From: Myxococcota bacterium
Lineage (GTDB): Bacteria; Myxococcota_A; UBA796; GCA-2862545
Direction of reading: 5' to 3'
Assembly: GCA_041389565.1 (NCBI GenBank)
Contig: JAWKRP010000037.1
Span: forward strand, 5,708 to 69,707
Length of the DNA: 64,000 nucleotides
The translations under genes and the position numbers were made by a program. The first letter of the stretch is position 1. Every line of letters begins with the position of its first letter. Positions 34,155 to 42,617 of the stretch are shown here, one piece after another. The notes under the pieces were generated by a model that worked only from the letters and a program-made list of their open reading frames with translations, searched no databases and was not told the DNA's origin.

Positions 34155-35486
34155 ATGCACATCACGATGATCGGATCGGGCTACGTCGGCCTCGTCTCGG
34201 GCGCCTGCTTCGCCGACTTCGGGCACGACGTCACCTGCGTCGACAAGGACGCCTCGAAGATCGAGGCCCTGCGCGAAGGGCGCATCCCCATCTTCGAGCC
34301 CGGCCTCGACGGGCTCGTCGCGCGCAACGTGCAGTCCGGCCGGCTCGGCTTCACGACCGAGCTCGCACCCGCCGTGAAGCGGGCCGATGCCGTGTTCATC
34401 GCGGTGGGTACGCCCACGCGGCGCGGCACCGGGCATGCCGACCTGTCGTACGTTTACGCGGCGGCCCGCGAGATCGCCGAGAGCCTCGACGGGTTCACGG
34501 TGGTCGTGACGAAGTCGACCGTTCCGGTGGGCACGGGAGACGAAGTCGAGAAGGTGCTGAGGGAGGTCCGTCCCGACGGAGACTTCGCCGTGGCGTCGAA
34601 CCCCGAGTTCCTGCGGGAGGGTGCCGCGATCCGCGACTTCAAGCACCCCGACCGCATCGTGGTGGGCATCGAAGACGAGCGCGCCCGCGCCGTGATGACG
34701 GAGATCTACCGGCCCCTGCACCTCAACGAGGGGCCGCTGATGTTCACGAGCCGTCGCACGGCGGAGCTCATCAAGTACGCCGCGAATGCGTTCCTCGCGA
34801 CGAAGATCACGTTCATCAACGAGATGGCCGACCTGTGCGAGAAGGTCGGCGGGAACGTGCAGGAGGTCGCTCGCGGCATCGGCCTCGACAACCGCATCGG
34901 CCCGAAGTTCCTGAATGCCGGCCCGGGCTACGGCGGGTCCTGCTTTCCGAAGGACACCCTCGCGCTCACGAAGACGGCCCGCGAAGCGGGAGCTCCGTCG
35001 CGCATCGTCGAGACGGTCGTGGCCGTGAACGACGCGCGGAAGGTCGCCATGGCCGAGAAGGTCGTTCGGGCGTGCGGCGGGGTCGAGGGCAAGACGATCG
35101 CGGCGCTCGGCGTCACGTTCAAGCCCAACACGGACGACATGCGCGACGCGCCGTCCCTCGTCATCCTGCCTGCGCTCCAGGGTGCGGGCGCCACGGTCCG
35201 CGCCCACGATCCCGAGGGCCGCGAGACCGCCAGTCCACTGCTCCCCGGAGTGGAGTTCTTCGACGATCCGTACTCGTGCATCGAAGGGGCCGACGCCGTC
35301 GTGATCATCACGGAGTGGGAGGCCTTCCGGGCCCTCGACCTCGAGCGCGTGCACGCGCTGCTGCGCACGCCCACCGTCGTCGACCTGCGCAACATCTACC
35401 GCCCCGACCAGATGGCGCGGTTCGGCTTCCGGTACGAGAGCATCGGCCGTCCGCCGCCCTCGGCGACCGAGCGCCCCGCGCCGTAG
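34155..35486 (+). CDS. ugd: UDP-glucose 6-dehydrogenase
   Basis: MIGSGYVGLVSGACFADFGHDVTCVD (Rossmann), NPEFLREG, GGSCFPKD catalytic Cys motif, and the C-terminal UDPG_MGDP_dh pattern. Confidence 0.93.
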   Translation: MHITMIGSGYVGLVSGACFADFGHDVTCVDKDASKIEALREGRIPIFEPGLDGLVARNVQSGRLGFTTELAPAVKRADAVFIAVGTPTRRGTGHADLSYVYAAAREIAESLDGFTVVVTKSTVPVGTGDEVEKVLREVRPDGDFAVASNPEFLREGAAIRDFKHPDRIVVGIEDERARAVMTEIYRPLHLNEGPLMFTSRRTAELIKYAANAFLATKITFINEMADLCEKVGGNVQEVARGIGLDNRIGPKFLNAGPGYGGSCFPKDTLALTKTAREAGAPSRIVETVVAVNDARKVAMAEKVVRACGGVEGKTIAALGVTFKPNTDDMRDAPSLVILPALQGAGATVRAHDPEGRETASPLLPGVEFFDDPYSCIEGADAVVIITEWEAFRALDLERVHALLRTPTVVDLRNIYRPDQMARFGFRYESIGRPPPSATERPAP

Positions 35487-35582
35487 CGCGGCGTACGACC
35501 GGCGTCGGATCCCAGCGGCGACCCGATCCCGTACGGTCGCTTCGACAGGCACCGCCCCCTGTCGACCCGACCCGGAGCCCCG

Positions 35583-36908
35583 ATGCGCCTGTCCCCGATG
35601 TTCCTGCTCCTCGCTCTCGCCTGCAACGGCTCGTCCGACGACACCGACACCGATCCGGTCGGTGAGTCCGATGCAGACACCGACGCCGATGCGGACACCG
35701 ACGCCGATGCGGACACCGACGCCGATGCGGACACCGACGCCGATGCGGACACCGACGCCGATGCGGACACCGATACCGATGCCGATGCGGACACGGACAC
35801 GGACACGGATACCGACACCGATGCCGACGCGGACACCGATGCCGATGCGGACACCGATGCCGACACGGATGCCGACACGGATGCCGACACCGCGGACACC
35901 GGCGTCGTCGACACCACCGCTCCGACCCTGCCCAGCACGGTCGGCAACGACTACTCGGTCTACCACGACGGCAACGCACTCAACGTCTACTGGCGCCCGG
36001 CGTCCGACGACGTGACCTCCGCCGATGCGCTCGCCTACCGCGTCACGTGCGAGCCCTCCGGCGGCTCGGCGATGGTGGCGATGGACTGGACCCTCGCCAC
36101 CGCCATCGGAGTGGAGGCCTCCAACCGGTTCTTCTTCCCTGCGTGCACGACGCCGGGGTCGAACGACGTGTGGGTCGAGGTGCGCGACGAGGCCGGAAAC
36201 GTCGCCACGTACCCCACCCTCACCGGAACCGTCCCTGCGCCGGCGGACACCACCGCCCCGACGCTCCCCAACACGACCGGCACCGACTACTCGCTCTACG
36301 ACAACGGCACCTCGCTGAACGTGTACTGGCGGCCCGCCAGCGACGATGTCACCGCGGCCGACGCCCTCGCCTACCGCGTGACCTGCACCCCCGCGGGCGG
36401 AGTCGCTACCGTCGCGATGGACTGGACCCTCGCCACCGCGATCGGCGTCGAAGCCTCGAACCGCTTCTTCTTCCCCGCGTGCGCATCCGGCGTCGCGAGC
36501 GACGTGTACGTCGAGGTGCGCGACGAGGCCGGCAACATCGCCATCTACCCCACGCTGTCGACCGGCGACACGACCCCGCCGGTCCTGCCCAGCGTCGTCG
36601 GCACCGACTACGCGACCTACTACGACACGGGCTCGGCGACGATCAACGTCTACTGGCGCCCCGCGAGTGACGACACGACCGCGGCGTCGGACCTCGAGTA
36701 CCGGGTCGAGTGCACACCGCCCGGGGGCAGCGCGACCACGAGCCTCGACTGGACCGTCGCGACCTCCATCCCCACGGAGGCCTCGCAGCGCTTCATCCAC
36801 GGCGCCTGCGCGGTGAGTGTCTCGGGCACGTACACGACGCGCGTCCAGGTGCGTGACGAAGCGCTCAACGAGACGAGCTGGCCGACGCTGAGCCGCGTGA
36901 TCCCCTGA
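35583..36908 (+). CDS. Lipoprotein: Asp-Thr/Ala tract followed by three tandem ~110-aa Ig/FN3-like repeats
   Basis: MRLSPMFLLLALAC lipobox. Repeats begin at 35913, 36249 and 36570 (TTAPTLP...NVYWRPASDDVT.ADALAYRVTC.P.GG...MDWTLATAIGVEASNRFFFPAC...VEVRDEAGN). Confidence 0.85.
   Translation: MRLSPMFLLLALACNGSSDDTDTDPVGESDADTDADADTDADADTDADADTDADADTDADADTDTDADADTDTDTDTDTDADADTDADADTDADTDADTDADTADTGVVDTTAPTLPSTVGNDYSVYHDGNALNVYWRPASDDVTSADALAYRVTCEPSGGSAMVAMDWTLATAIGVEASNRFFFPACTTPGSNDVWVEVRDEAGNVATYPTLTGTVPAPADTTAPTLPNTTGTDYSLYDNGTSLNVYWRPASDDVTAADALAYRVTCTPAGGVATVAMDWTLATAIGVEASNRFFFPACASGVASDVYVEVRDEAGNIAIYPTLSTGDTTPPVLPSVVGTDYATYYDTGSATINVYWRPASDDTTAASDLEYRVECTPPGGSATTSLDWTVATSIPTEASQRFIHGACAVSVSGTYTTRVQVRDEALNETSWPTLSRVIP
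35637..35900. repeat. Asp-Thr/Ala coding tract containing a perfect 5 x 18-bp tandem array (35676..35765)
   Basis: gacaccgacgccgatgcg is repeated five times without mismatch and is flanked by degenerate copies. Confidence 0.92.
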
Positions 36909-36926
36909 CGCGATAGGGGCGGCGTC

Positions 36927-38579
36927 ATGGCTACGATCCGTCCCCGAAAGACCGTCTCCGCGCCCCGGCCCCGCGTGCCCGGCGCGACTGCCCTCCCTCT
37001 CCACGTGCTCGACGTGCCGTTCGCGTCGCGCGCGATCGCCACGTCGCACGGCGCCCGCTGGGACGCGGATCACGGCGTGTTCGTGCTCCGCGGGCCCCTA
37101 CCGGACGCCCTGAAGCCGTACCGCGCCGCGCCGTACTCGTGGGAAGCGAAGGTGCAGCGCGAGCTCGGAGGCTCGGCGCCCGCGTCGTCCACGCCCGCCG
37201 ACCCCATGACGCCGCGCGCCCACCAGCAGCAGGCCATCGACGCCATCCTCGGCGCGGCACGCACGAAGAGCGCGGGCTTCCTGCTCGCGGACGACGTCGG
37301 GCTCGGCAAGACCCTTTCGGCCTGGGAGGCCATCCGGAGCCTGCCTCGAATCGGCACCGTGCTCATCGTGTGCCCGCTGGCCGTCATCCCCCACTGGCGT
37401 CGCACCATCGCCGCCCAGGGCGACGACGGGCGGTCCGTCGTGGTCATGAACTACGAGCGGCTGGGCAAGCTGTTCGACGTGTCCGCAGCGGCCCGGAAGA
37501 AGGTGAAGTCCAAGAAGGGGCTCGCGCGTGCGGGCTCGGCGCCCGCCTTCGACGTGATCGTGTGGGACGAGAGCCACCGCTGCAAGAACCCGACCGCCGC
37601 CCGGTCGAAGTTCGCCGCCAAACTGAATGCCAAGGCCGGGTTCGTGCTGTGGTTGTCCGCGACCGCCGGTCAGAACCCGCTCGAGCTGTCGTACCTGGCG
37701 CCCCTCCTGTCCGCGCGCACCGGGAGCCGGGCGGCCGACCTGAAGGACTTCGAGGCCTGGTGTGCCTCACAGGGGCTCGGAGTGTCGCGCGGCACCTTCG
37801 GCCGCTGGGAGTGGCGCGGAGACCCCGCCGACTGCGAGAAGGTCCGCGAGCTCCTGTTCGACGGGCGCACGCCGGTGGGCCTCCGCAGGCGTCCCGAGGA
37901 CCTCGCCGGCTGGCCCGAGCTGAATCGCATCCTCACCCCGCTCGCGCTCGATGCAGAGGCCGCAGACCGCTACCGTCAGGCGTGGACCGACTTCCGCGCC
38001 GAGCTCGAGCTCGAGCCCTCGGGCCGCGACCCGAAGAACGCGCTCGCCGCCGCGCTCCGCCTGCGCCAGAAGAGCTCGCTCATCCGCGTGGAGAGCACGG
38101 CCGAGCTCGTGCTCGAGCTCCTCGACAACGGCCACCACGTCGCCGTGTCCGTCGCGTTCGTCGAGACCCTCGACGCCCTCCGGGAGGCCCTCGCATCCAG
38201 CAAGGTGGCGTGCGCCACGGTGTACGGCGGGCTCGGGGCCGAGGTGCGCGAAGCGGAGCGCCTGCGGTTCCAGAAGGGGGAAGTGCCCGTCGTGCTGTTC
38301 ACCGTCGAGGAGGGCATCTCGCTCCACCAGGGCGAGCACGACGAGACGCCCCGCTCGATGGTGATCCACGACCTGCGCTGGTCGGCCATCCAGATGGCGC
38401 AGATCGAGGGGCGCTGCCACCGCGACGGCCGGTACGCGCCGGTCTACTGGACGTACGCCGACGAGACCATCGAAGAGCGCATCGCCCGCGTGGTGTGCGG
38501 CCGGATCGAGTCGATGAAGGCCATGGTCGGCGACGATGTCGAGACGATGCGGGAGATCGCGCGCCTCATCGCCGGCTGA
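36927..38579 (+). CDS. SNF2/DEAD-like superfamily-2 helicase with N-terminal DUF5710-like module
   Basis: Motif I DDVGLGKT, motif II VWDESH, motif III LSATAGQNP, motif VI QMAQIEGRCHRDGR. The N-terminal LDVPFASRAIATSHGARWDADHGVF resembles the VPF...A+..GArWD module. Confidence 0.88.
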   Translation: MATIRPRKTVSAPRPRVPGATALPLHVLDVPFASRAIATSHGARWDADHGVFVLRGPLPDALKPYRAAPYSWEAKVQRELGGSAPASSTPADPMTPRAHQQQAIDAILGAARTKSAGFLLADDVGLGKTLSAWEAIRSLPRIGTVLIVCPLAVIPHWRRTIAAQGDDGRSVVVMNYERLGKLFDVSAAARKKVKSKKGLARAGSAPAFDVIVWDESHRCKNPTAARSKFAAKLNAKAGFVLWLSATAGQNPLELSYLAPLLSARTGSRAADLKDFEAWCASQGLGVSRGTFGRWEWRGDPADCEKVRELLFDGRTPVGLRRRPEDLAGWPELNRILTPLALDAEAADRYRQAWTDFRAELELEPSGRDPKNALAAALRLRQKSSLIRVESTAELVLELLDNGHHVAVSVAFVETLDALREALASSKVACATVYGGLGAEVREAERLRFQKGEVPVVLFTVEEGISLHQGEHDETPRSMVIHDLRWSAIQMAQIEGRCHRDGRYAPVYWTYADETIEERIARVVCGRIESMKAMVGDDVETMREIARLIAG

Positions 38580-38583
38580 GCCG

Positions 38584-39360
38584 TCAGGTCTCGCCGCCGA
38601 ACCGGAACAGCGTGTTGCCCGACGCGATGGCGTGCCCGCTGCGCAGGAAGCTCACGCACAGCGTCTCGAGGGGCTGACGGGCCTCCGCGAGGCGGCGCTC
38701 GACCTCGCTCGCGGACAGCGGCTCGTGAGCCGACCGATGCCCGACCACGAGCGCCGTGGTGGAGATGCCGAGCTCGTTCGCGAGCACCATCTCGGGAACG
38801 AGCGTCATCGACACCGCTTCGACCCCCGCTGCGGCGAGCGCGCGGTTCTCGGCGTTGGTGCGCTGGCGGGGCCCGGCGACGTGCCAGATGTCGACCTCGC
38901 GGACGTCGAGCGGACTCCCGAGCATCGTCGCGATGCCGCGCAGCATCTTGTTCAGGTGCGGCGACACGATGCCCTCGTCGAGCGACAGGTGGCCTTGCGG
39001 CCCCACCCCATCGACGAAGATCGACGCGGGCGTGCCGTCGGGCAGGAGCCCCGTGTCCATCGCGACGTCGGCCGCGAGCATCGGCCGGAACAGCGGCGCG
39101 TTGTCGTCGAACAGCGCCACCGTGCCGGTCGACACGAGCGACTGCACGCCCACCTCGCGCAGCGCGAGCGCGTGGGCGCGGAACGGGATCTGGTGGGGCA
39201 GCCAGGTGTGCGGGCGACCGTGCCGGAACAGGACCCAGTGCCCGAACGCCCGATGGAGCTGCACATTCCCGTAGGGCGTCGGCACCGAGACGGGCTCGAG
39301 CTCCACATCCAGGTCTGCGAAGCTGCGCCCGAGCGCCACCGCCAGTGTTCCGTCCGACAT
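38584..39360 (-). CDS. Purine-nucleoside/5'-methylthioadenosine phosphorylase-family protein
   Basis: VLFRHGRPHTWLPHQIPFRAHALALREVGVQSLVSTGTV... and VSMTLVPEMVLANELGI match the PNP/MTAP family-2 pattern. Confidence 0.8.
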   Translation of the reverse strand: MSDGTLAVALGRSFADLDVELEPVSVPTPYGNVQLHRAFGHWVLFRHGRPHTWLPHQIPFRAHALALREVGVQSLVSTGTVALFDDNAPLFRPMLAADVAMDTGLLPDGTPASIFVDGVGPQGHLSLDEGIVSPHLNKMLRGIATMLGSPLDVREVDIWHVAGPRQRTNAENRALAAAGVEAVSMTLVPEMVLANELGISTTALVVGHRSAHEPLSASEVERRLAEARQPLETLCVSFLRSGHAIASGNTLFRFGGET

Positions 39361-39390
39361 CCGACCTCCGACAGGCCGTCTATCACGCGT

Positions 39391-40449
39391 TCAGAGCGGG
39401 GTGGGCTCCCAGTCGCATCCCGCGGAGCCCGGGCTCGCGCAGCACCGCGTGATCGTGTCGCGGGCGAGCCCGAAGCTCGCTTCCCAGGCCGCCTCGTCGA
39501 CGGCGAGCTCCGGGGGCATCCAGGTCGCCAGCGCCCACAGATCCGTGCCGGGTGCGTTCCTCACGATCGCCTGGTGACCGGGGAGCTTCTGCAGGCCGGT
39601 CGAGTCGGCGACCCACGAGTCGCACGTGTTCCCGGACGTGATGCGGTGACACGCCGTGCACGCCGCGGCATCCGGCGACACCAGGTGCATCGTGCCGTTC
39701 GACACGAGCTCTCCGTCGAGCGTCACCCGCGAGAAGCCCGCGCTCGTGTACTCCCCGGTCTGCCAGCCCACGGACTCCAGGAACGGCGTGTACACGAACG
39801 GGTCGTTGTCGTGGCAGTAGGTGCAGCTCTCGCCGTTCGTCCGGTAGAAGAACCGCTCGAACGCCTCGTGATCGTCGGGGGTTCCCGCGGCCAGATCGAG
39901 CGGCGGCAGGTTCCGCCCGGCGATCCCGGTGCCGTCGTCGTCGTCGAACCAACAGGACGCGCCGTTCCGGCGATTGTGGAGGATGACGCCCACATCGTCG
40001 AACGGCGTGTCGTCGTCGGGGTTCGCCACCGGGTGGTTGTAGCGGCAGATCCACTTCACGGTCACCGTGCCGTGTGTGAGCTGACCCAGGCGCCCGCCCG
40101 AGCTGCACGTGCCGTACAGCAGCGACGGGTTCGCGCACTCGGTCGCGTCGAGCGCGGCGGGGACGAGCGTTCCGTCCTCCAGGGCCGTGCTCACGACGAT
40201 CTCGGCGCCCTCGGAGCATTGCAGCTCGTCGACCGAAGGCAGCCAGCCGTCCATCGCCGCCTTGCACTGGCACGAGTAGCACACGTGCTTCTCCAGCTCG
40301 GTCGCGCTGGAAGCGCACGCTGCGGTGCAGTCGGTCTCGGGCACGTCGGTCTCGGACACGTCGGTGTCGAGCGGCACCGGCTCGGGGTCCGATCCGGCGC
40401 AGCCGATCGCCAACAGGAGCAGCACACGAAGTCCCATCCCGCCCGTCAT
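39391..40449 (-). CDS. Cys-rich lipoprotein with two CxxCH motifs (possible di-haem c-type cytochrome)
   Basis: MTGGMGLRVLLLLAIGC lipobox (ATG at 40449 or 40437). Short acidic DTDVSETDVPETD stretch. CTYCH and CTACH lie ~60 aa apart. More than 20 Cys in total. Confidence 0.7.
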   Translation of the reverse strand: MTGGMGLRVLLLLAIGCAGSDPEPVPLDTDVSETDVPETDCTAACASSATELEKHVCYSCQCKAAMDGWLPSVDELQCSEGAEIVVSTALEDGTLVPAALDATECANPSLLYGTCSSGGRLGQLTHGTVTVKWICRYNHPVANPDDDTPFDDVGVILHNRRNGASCWFDDDDGTGIAGRNLPPLDLAAGTPDDHEAFERFFYRTNGESCTYCHDNDPFVYTPFLESVGWQTGEYTSAGFSRVTLDGELVSNGTMHLVSPDAAACTACHRITSGNTCDSWVADSTGLQKLPGHQAIVRNAPGTDLWALATWMPPELAVDEAAWEASFGLARDTITRCCASPGSAGCDWEPTPL

Positions 40450-40478
40450 ACGCGGGCCCCGACCGACCCGCCACCGGG

Positions 40479-41981
40479 TCAGGGCGACACCGTGCTCCGC
40501 TCCACCACCCGGGCCTTCGCGCTGAGCTCGGCCCCGGGCGTCTCGTCGCGACCCTCGAACGTCACCGTGCTCTCGAAGTCGCCCCGTACCGCGAGCGTTG
40601 CGCGGTCGACCGTGAACCTCCCGGTCGCTACGCAGCCGTAGTCGAGCGCGCCCGGATGGAGCACGCGCGCCTCCACCCGGCTCTCGAACCCCAGCGTCGC
40701 GTCGTCGATCGACACGAGCCGGTGGTGCCGGGTCACCGGATGGAACGTGTCCACCACCACCTCCACTGTCGTCTCCGTCCATTCCGCCCCGATCCCGACG
40801 GGCTCCGTCGGCAGGGACGGTGGGAGCGCCGCCGTACAGTCGAAGCCCTGGCTCGACACCACACGCCCGCCCTCCACACGGAGGCCCGGCCACCGCAGAC
40901 CGGTCTTCTTGGCTTCGAGCGCCTCCACGCTCTCGCGCAGCGCGTCGTCCACCTTCGTCACCTTCAGGTCCGAATCCGTCACCTCGACCGTGCGGTCCGA
41001 GCCCACCCGGGTCGTGCGTGCGTACTCGAGCGACCGCGGTGCCGTGTAGGCCCGCTCCGGGCTCGGGAGGAGCCGGGCCAGGCCCCCCTTCTGCAGGTCG
41101 AGCTCGAGGGAGCGCGTCGAGTACACGGTGTCTCGCTTGCTCGCCCCCGGAACGGGCGCCCAGACGAGGCGCTCGCGCTTCGCGCCCGATTCCGCCACGG
41201 AGAGGCCGGGCTCGGGCAGCGTGAGCGGCTCTCCGCGGGCGGTGCGGCAGTGCTCGGTCTGGCACGCGTACGGGAACGGGAGGGCGGCCCCGCTCGGCGG
41301 TGCCCACGAGATCAGGACGGCGCACGTGCCGTCGTCCTGCGTGCGATAGCGCACGAACGGCCCGGTCTCGTCGCCCGTGTACGGACGCTCCATCGTGCGG
41401 GTGCCCCACTGGGTGCCGCCCCACGCGTCCTTCACGAGCGTCTCGACCACACCACAGCCCCCAGCGAGGGTTCCGAGCGCTCCGAAACGCGCGGCGTCCA
41501 TGTGCTTCTTGCGCACGATGAACACCGGGGAGAGCGCGATGTCGAACGGGACCGGGGGCACCTCGGACCCGGGAAGTGCCCCGACGGGGCGGCCTGGCAC
41601 CGTCCACCCCTGCTGAATGTCCATCAGCTCCATCGAGCCGGAGTACTCCCCGCCCTCGGTGTCGCGCAGCCAGCGGCCGTCGACCTCGACGTACGCCACC
41701 TTCAGCGACGCGCCGAGGCACTCGAGGCCGACGCGCACCCGACCGTCGCCATCGGCCTCGATCGCTCCGTGTCGGCACGACGCGTGGTAGTCCGCCGTGT
41801 CGAGCCAGAACTCCTGGGACTGGGTGAGCAGGATACGGTTCGCCTTGCCCCCCTTCTCCGTGAACAGCGCCTGCAGCGCTGCGTGATCGAACGCGCGCAG
41901 GGCCTGGACCACCGCGGCCTGGTGGGCCTCCAGCTGCGCCTTGGTGGGGGTGGCGGCGAGGGCTGCGCCGATGACGAGCAT
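40479..41981 (-). CDS. Hypothetical secreted protein (500 aa)
   Basis: ATG at 41981 follows gggag. N-terminal MLVIGAALAATPTKA. Varied composition, no recognised domain. Lies 29 nt upstream of the lipoprotein gene on the same strand. Confidence 0.7.
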   Translation of the reverse strand: MLVIGAALAATPTKAQLEAHQAAVVQALRAFDHAALQALFTEKGGKANRILLTQSQEFWLDTADYHASCRHGAIEADGDGRVRVGLECLGASLKVAYVEVDGRWLRDTEGGEYSGSMELMDIQQGWTVPGRPVGALPGSEVPPVPFDIALSPVFIVRKKHMDAARFGALGTLAGGCGVVETLVKDAWGGTQWGTRTMERPYTGDETGPFVRYRTQDDGTCAVLISWAPPSGAALPFPYACQTEHCRTARGEPLTLPEPGLSVAESGAKRERLVWAPVPGASKRDTVYSTRSLELDLQKGGLARLLPSPERAYTAPRSLEYARTTRVGSDRTVEVTDSDLKVTKVDDALRESVEALEAKKTGLRWPGLRVEGGRVVSSQGFDCTAALPPSLPTEPVGIGAEWTETTVEVVVDTFHPVTRHHRLVSIDDATLGFESRVEARVLHPGALDYGCVATGRFTVDRATLAVRGDFESTVTFEGRDETPGAELSAKARVVERSTVSP

Positions 41982-42056
41982 GGGACTCCCGGAGCGAGGT
42001 GGCGCCGACTGTACCGCACCCACCCGAACCGTGTCTGGGCGCGAGCCCACGAGCTC

Positions 42057-42617
42057 TCACAACCGGGCGGCCGCCGTCTCGAACTCCTCCCGCGACACCC
42101 CGAGGTGGTTGAGCCGGCGCAGCAGCTGCCGGGCGTTCCCGTAGCCCAGGTTCAGCGCGTTCCCGAGCCGGATCCGCCGCTCACGGGCGTCGGGCGTTCC
42201 CTGGAGGCCGAACCGGAGCAGGTCGGACAGCGCGAACTCGGCGCGCGGCTCCGTCTGGCCCGCACGCACGGCCTCGAGCGCCGCCCGGATCGCAGCGGGC
42301 GCGGCGTTCTCGATGCCGATGTCCCCCTCGCGCGTGCAGTCCTCCCGGGCGACGTACGCGTGCTTGCACGGCCCCACGTGCGCTTCGATCCGCCGCCGGA
42401 GCTGCTCGCCCACGGGGTCGGGGTCGGTGAGCACGATCACCCCGCAGGTGCCGAGCGCGCGCCGGATCCGCATCACCACGTCGGGACCCAGCACGAACCC
42501 GTTCGTCTCGACCACCTCCGCGTCGACGGCCTGGCGAACGGCGGAGATGTCGTGGATGCCCTCCACCACGATGAGCTCGCGAATCACGGCGTCCTCCGGT
42601 CCCCGCCTAACGGGCAT
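42057..42617 (-). CDS. rnmV: Ribonuclease M5 (Toprim domain, 5S rRNA maturase family)
   Basis: IRELIVVEGIHDISAVRQAVDAEVVETNGF...VIVLTDPDPVGEQLRRRI is the RNase M5 Toprim signature. The C-terminal DUF4093-like part has LGNALNLGYGNARQLLRRLN. A GTG at 42587 is an alternative start. Confidence 0.8.
   Translation of the reverse strand: MPVRRGPEDAVIRELIVVEGIHDISAVRQAVDAEVVETNGFVLGPDVVMRIRRALGTCGVIVLTDPDPVGEQLRRRIEAHVGPCKHAYVAREDCTREGDIGIENAAPAAIRAALEAVRAGQTEPRAEFALSDLLRFGLQGTPDARERRIRLGNALNLGYGNARQLLRRLNHLGVSREEFETAAARL

Noticed and set aside
36927-38579. SNF2-type helicase as the core of a known defence system (DISARM/BREX/Zorya-like).
   Set aside because: No partner genes (methyltransferase, PLD/nuclease, DUF1998, ZorABC-like) are adjacent. 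It is kept only as an unexplained helicase in the findings.
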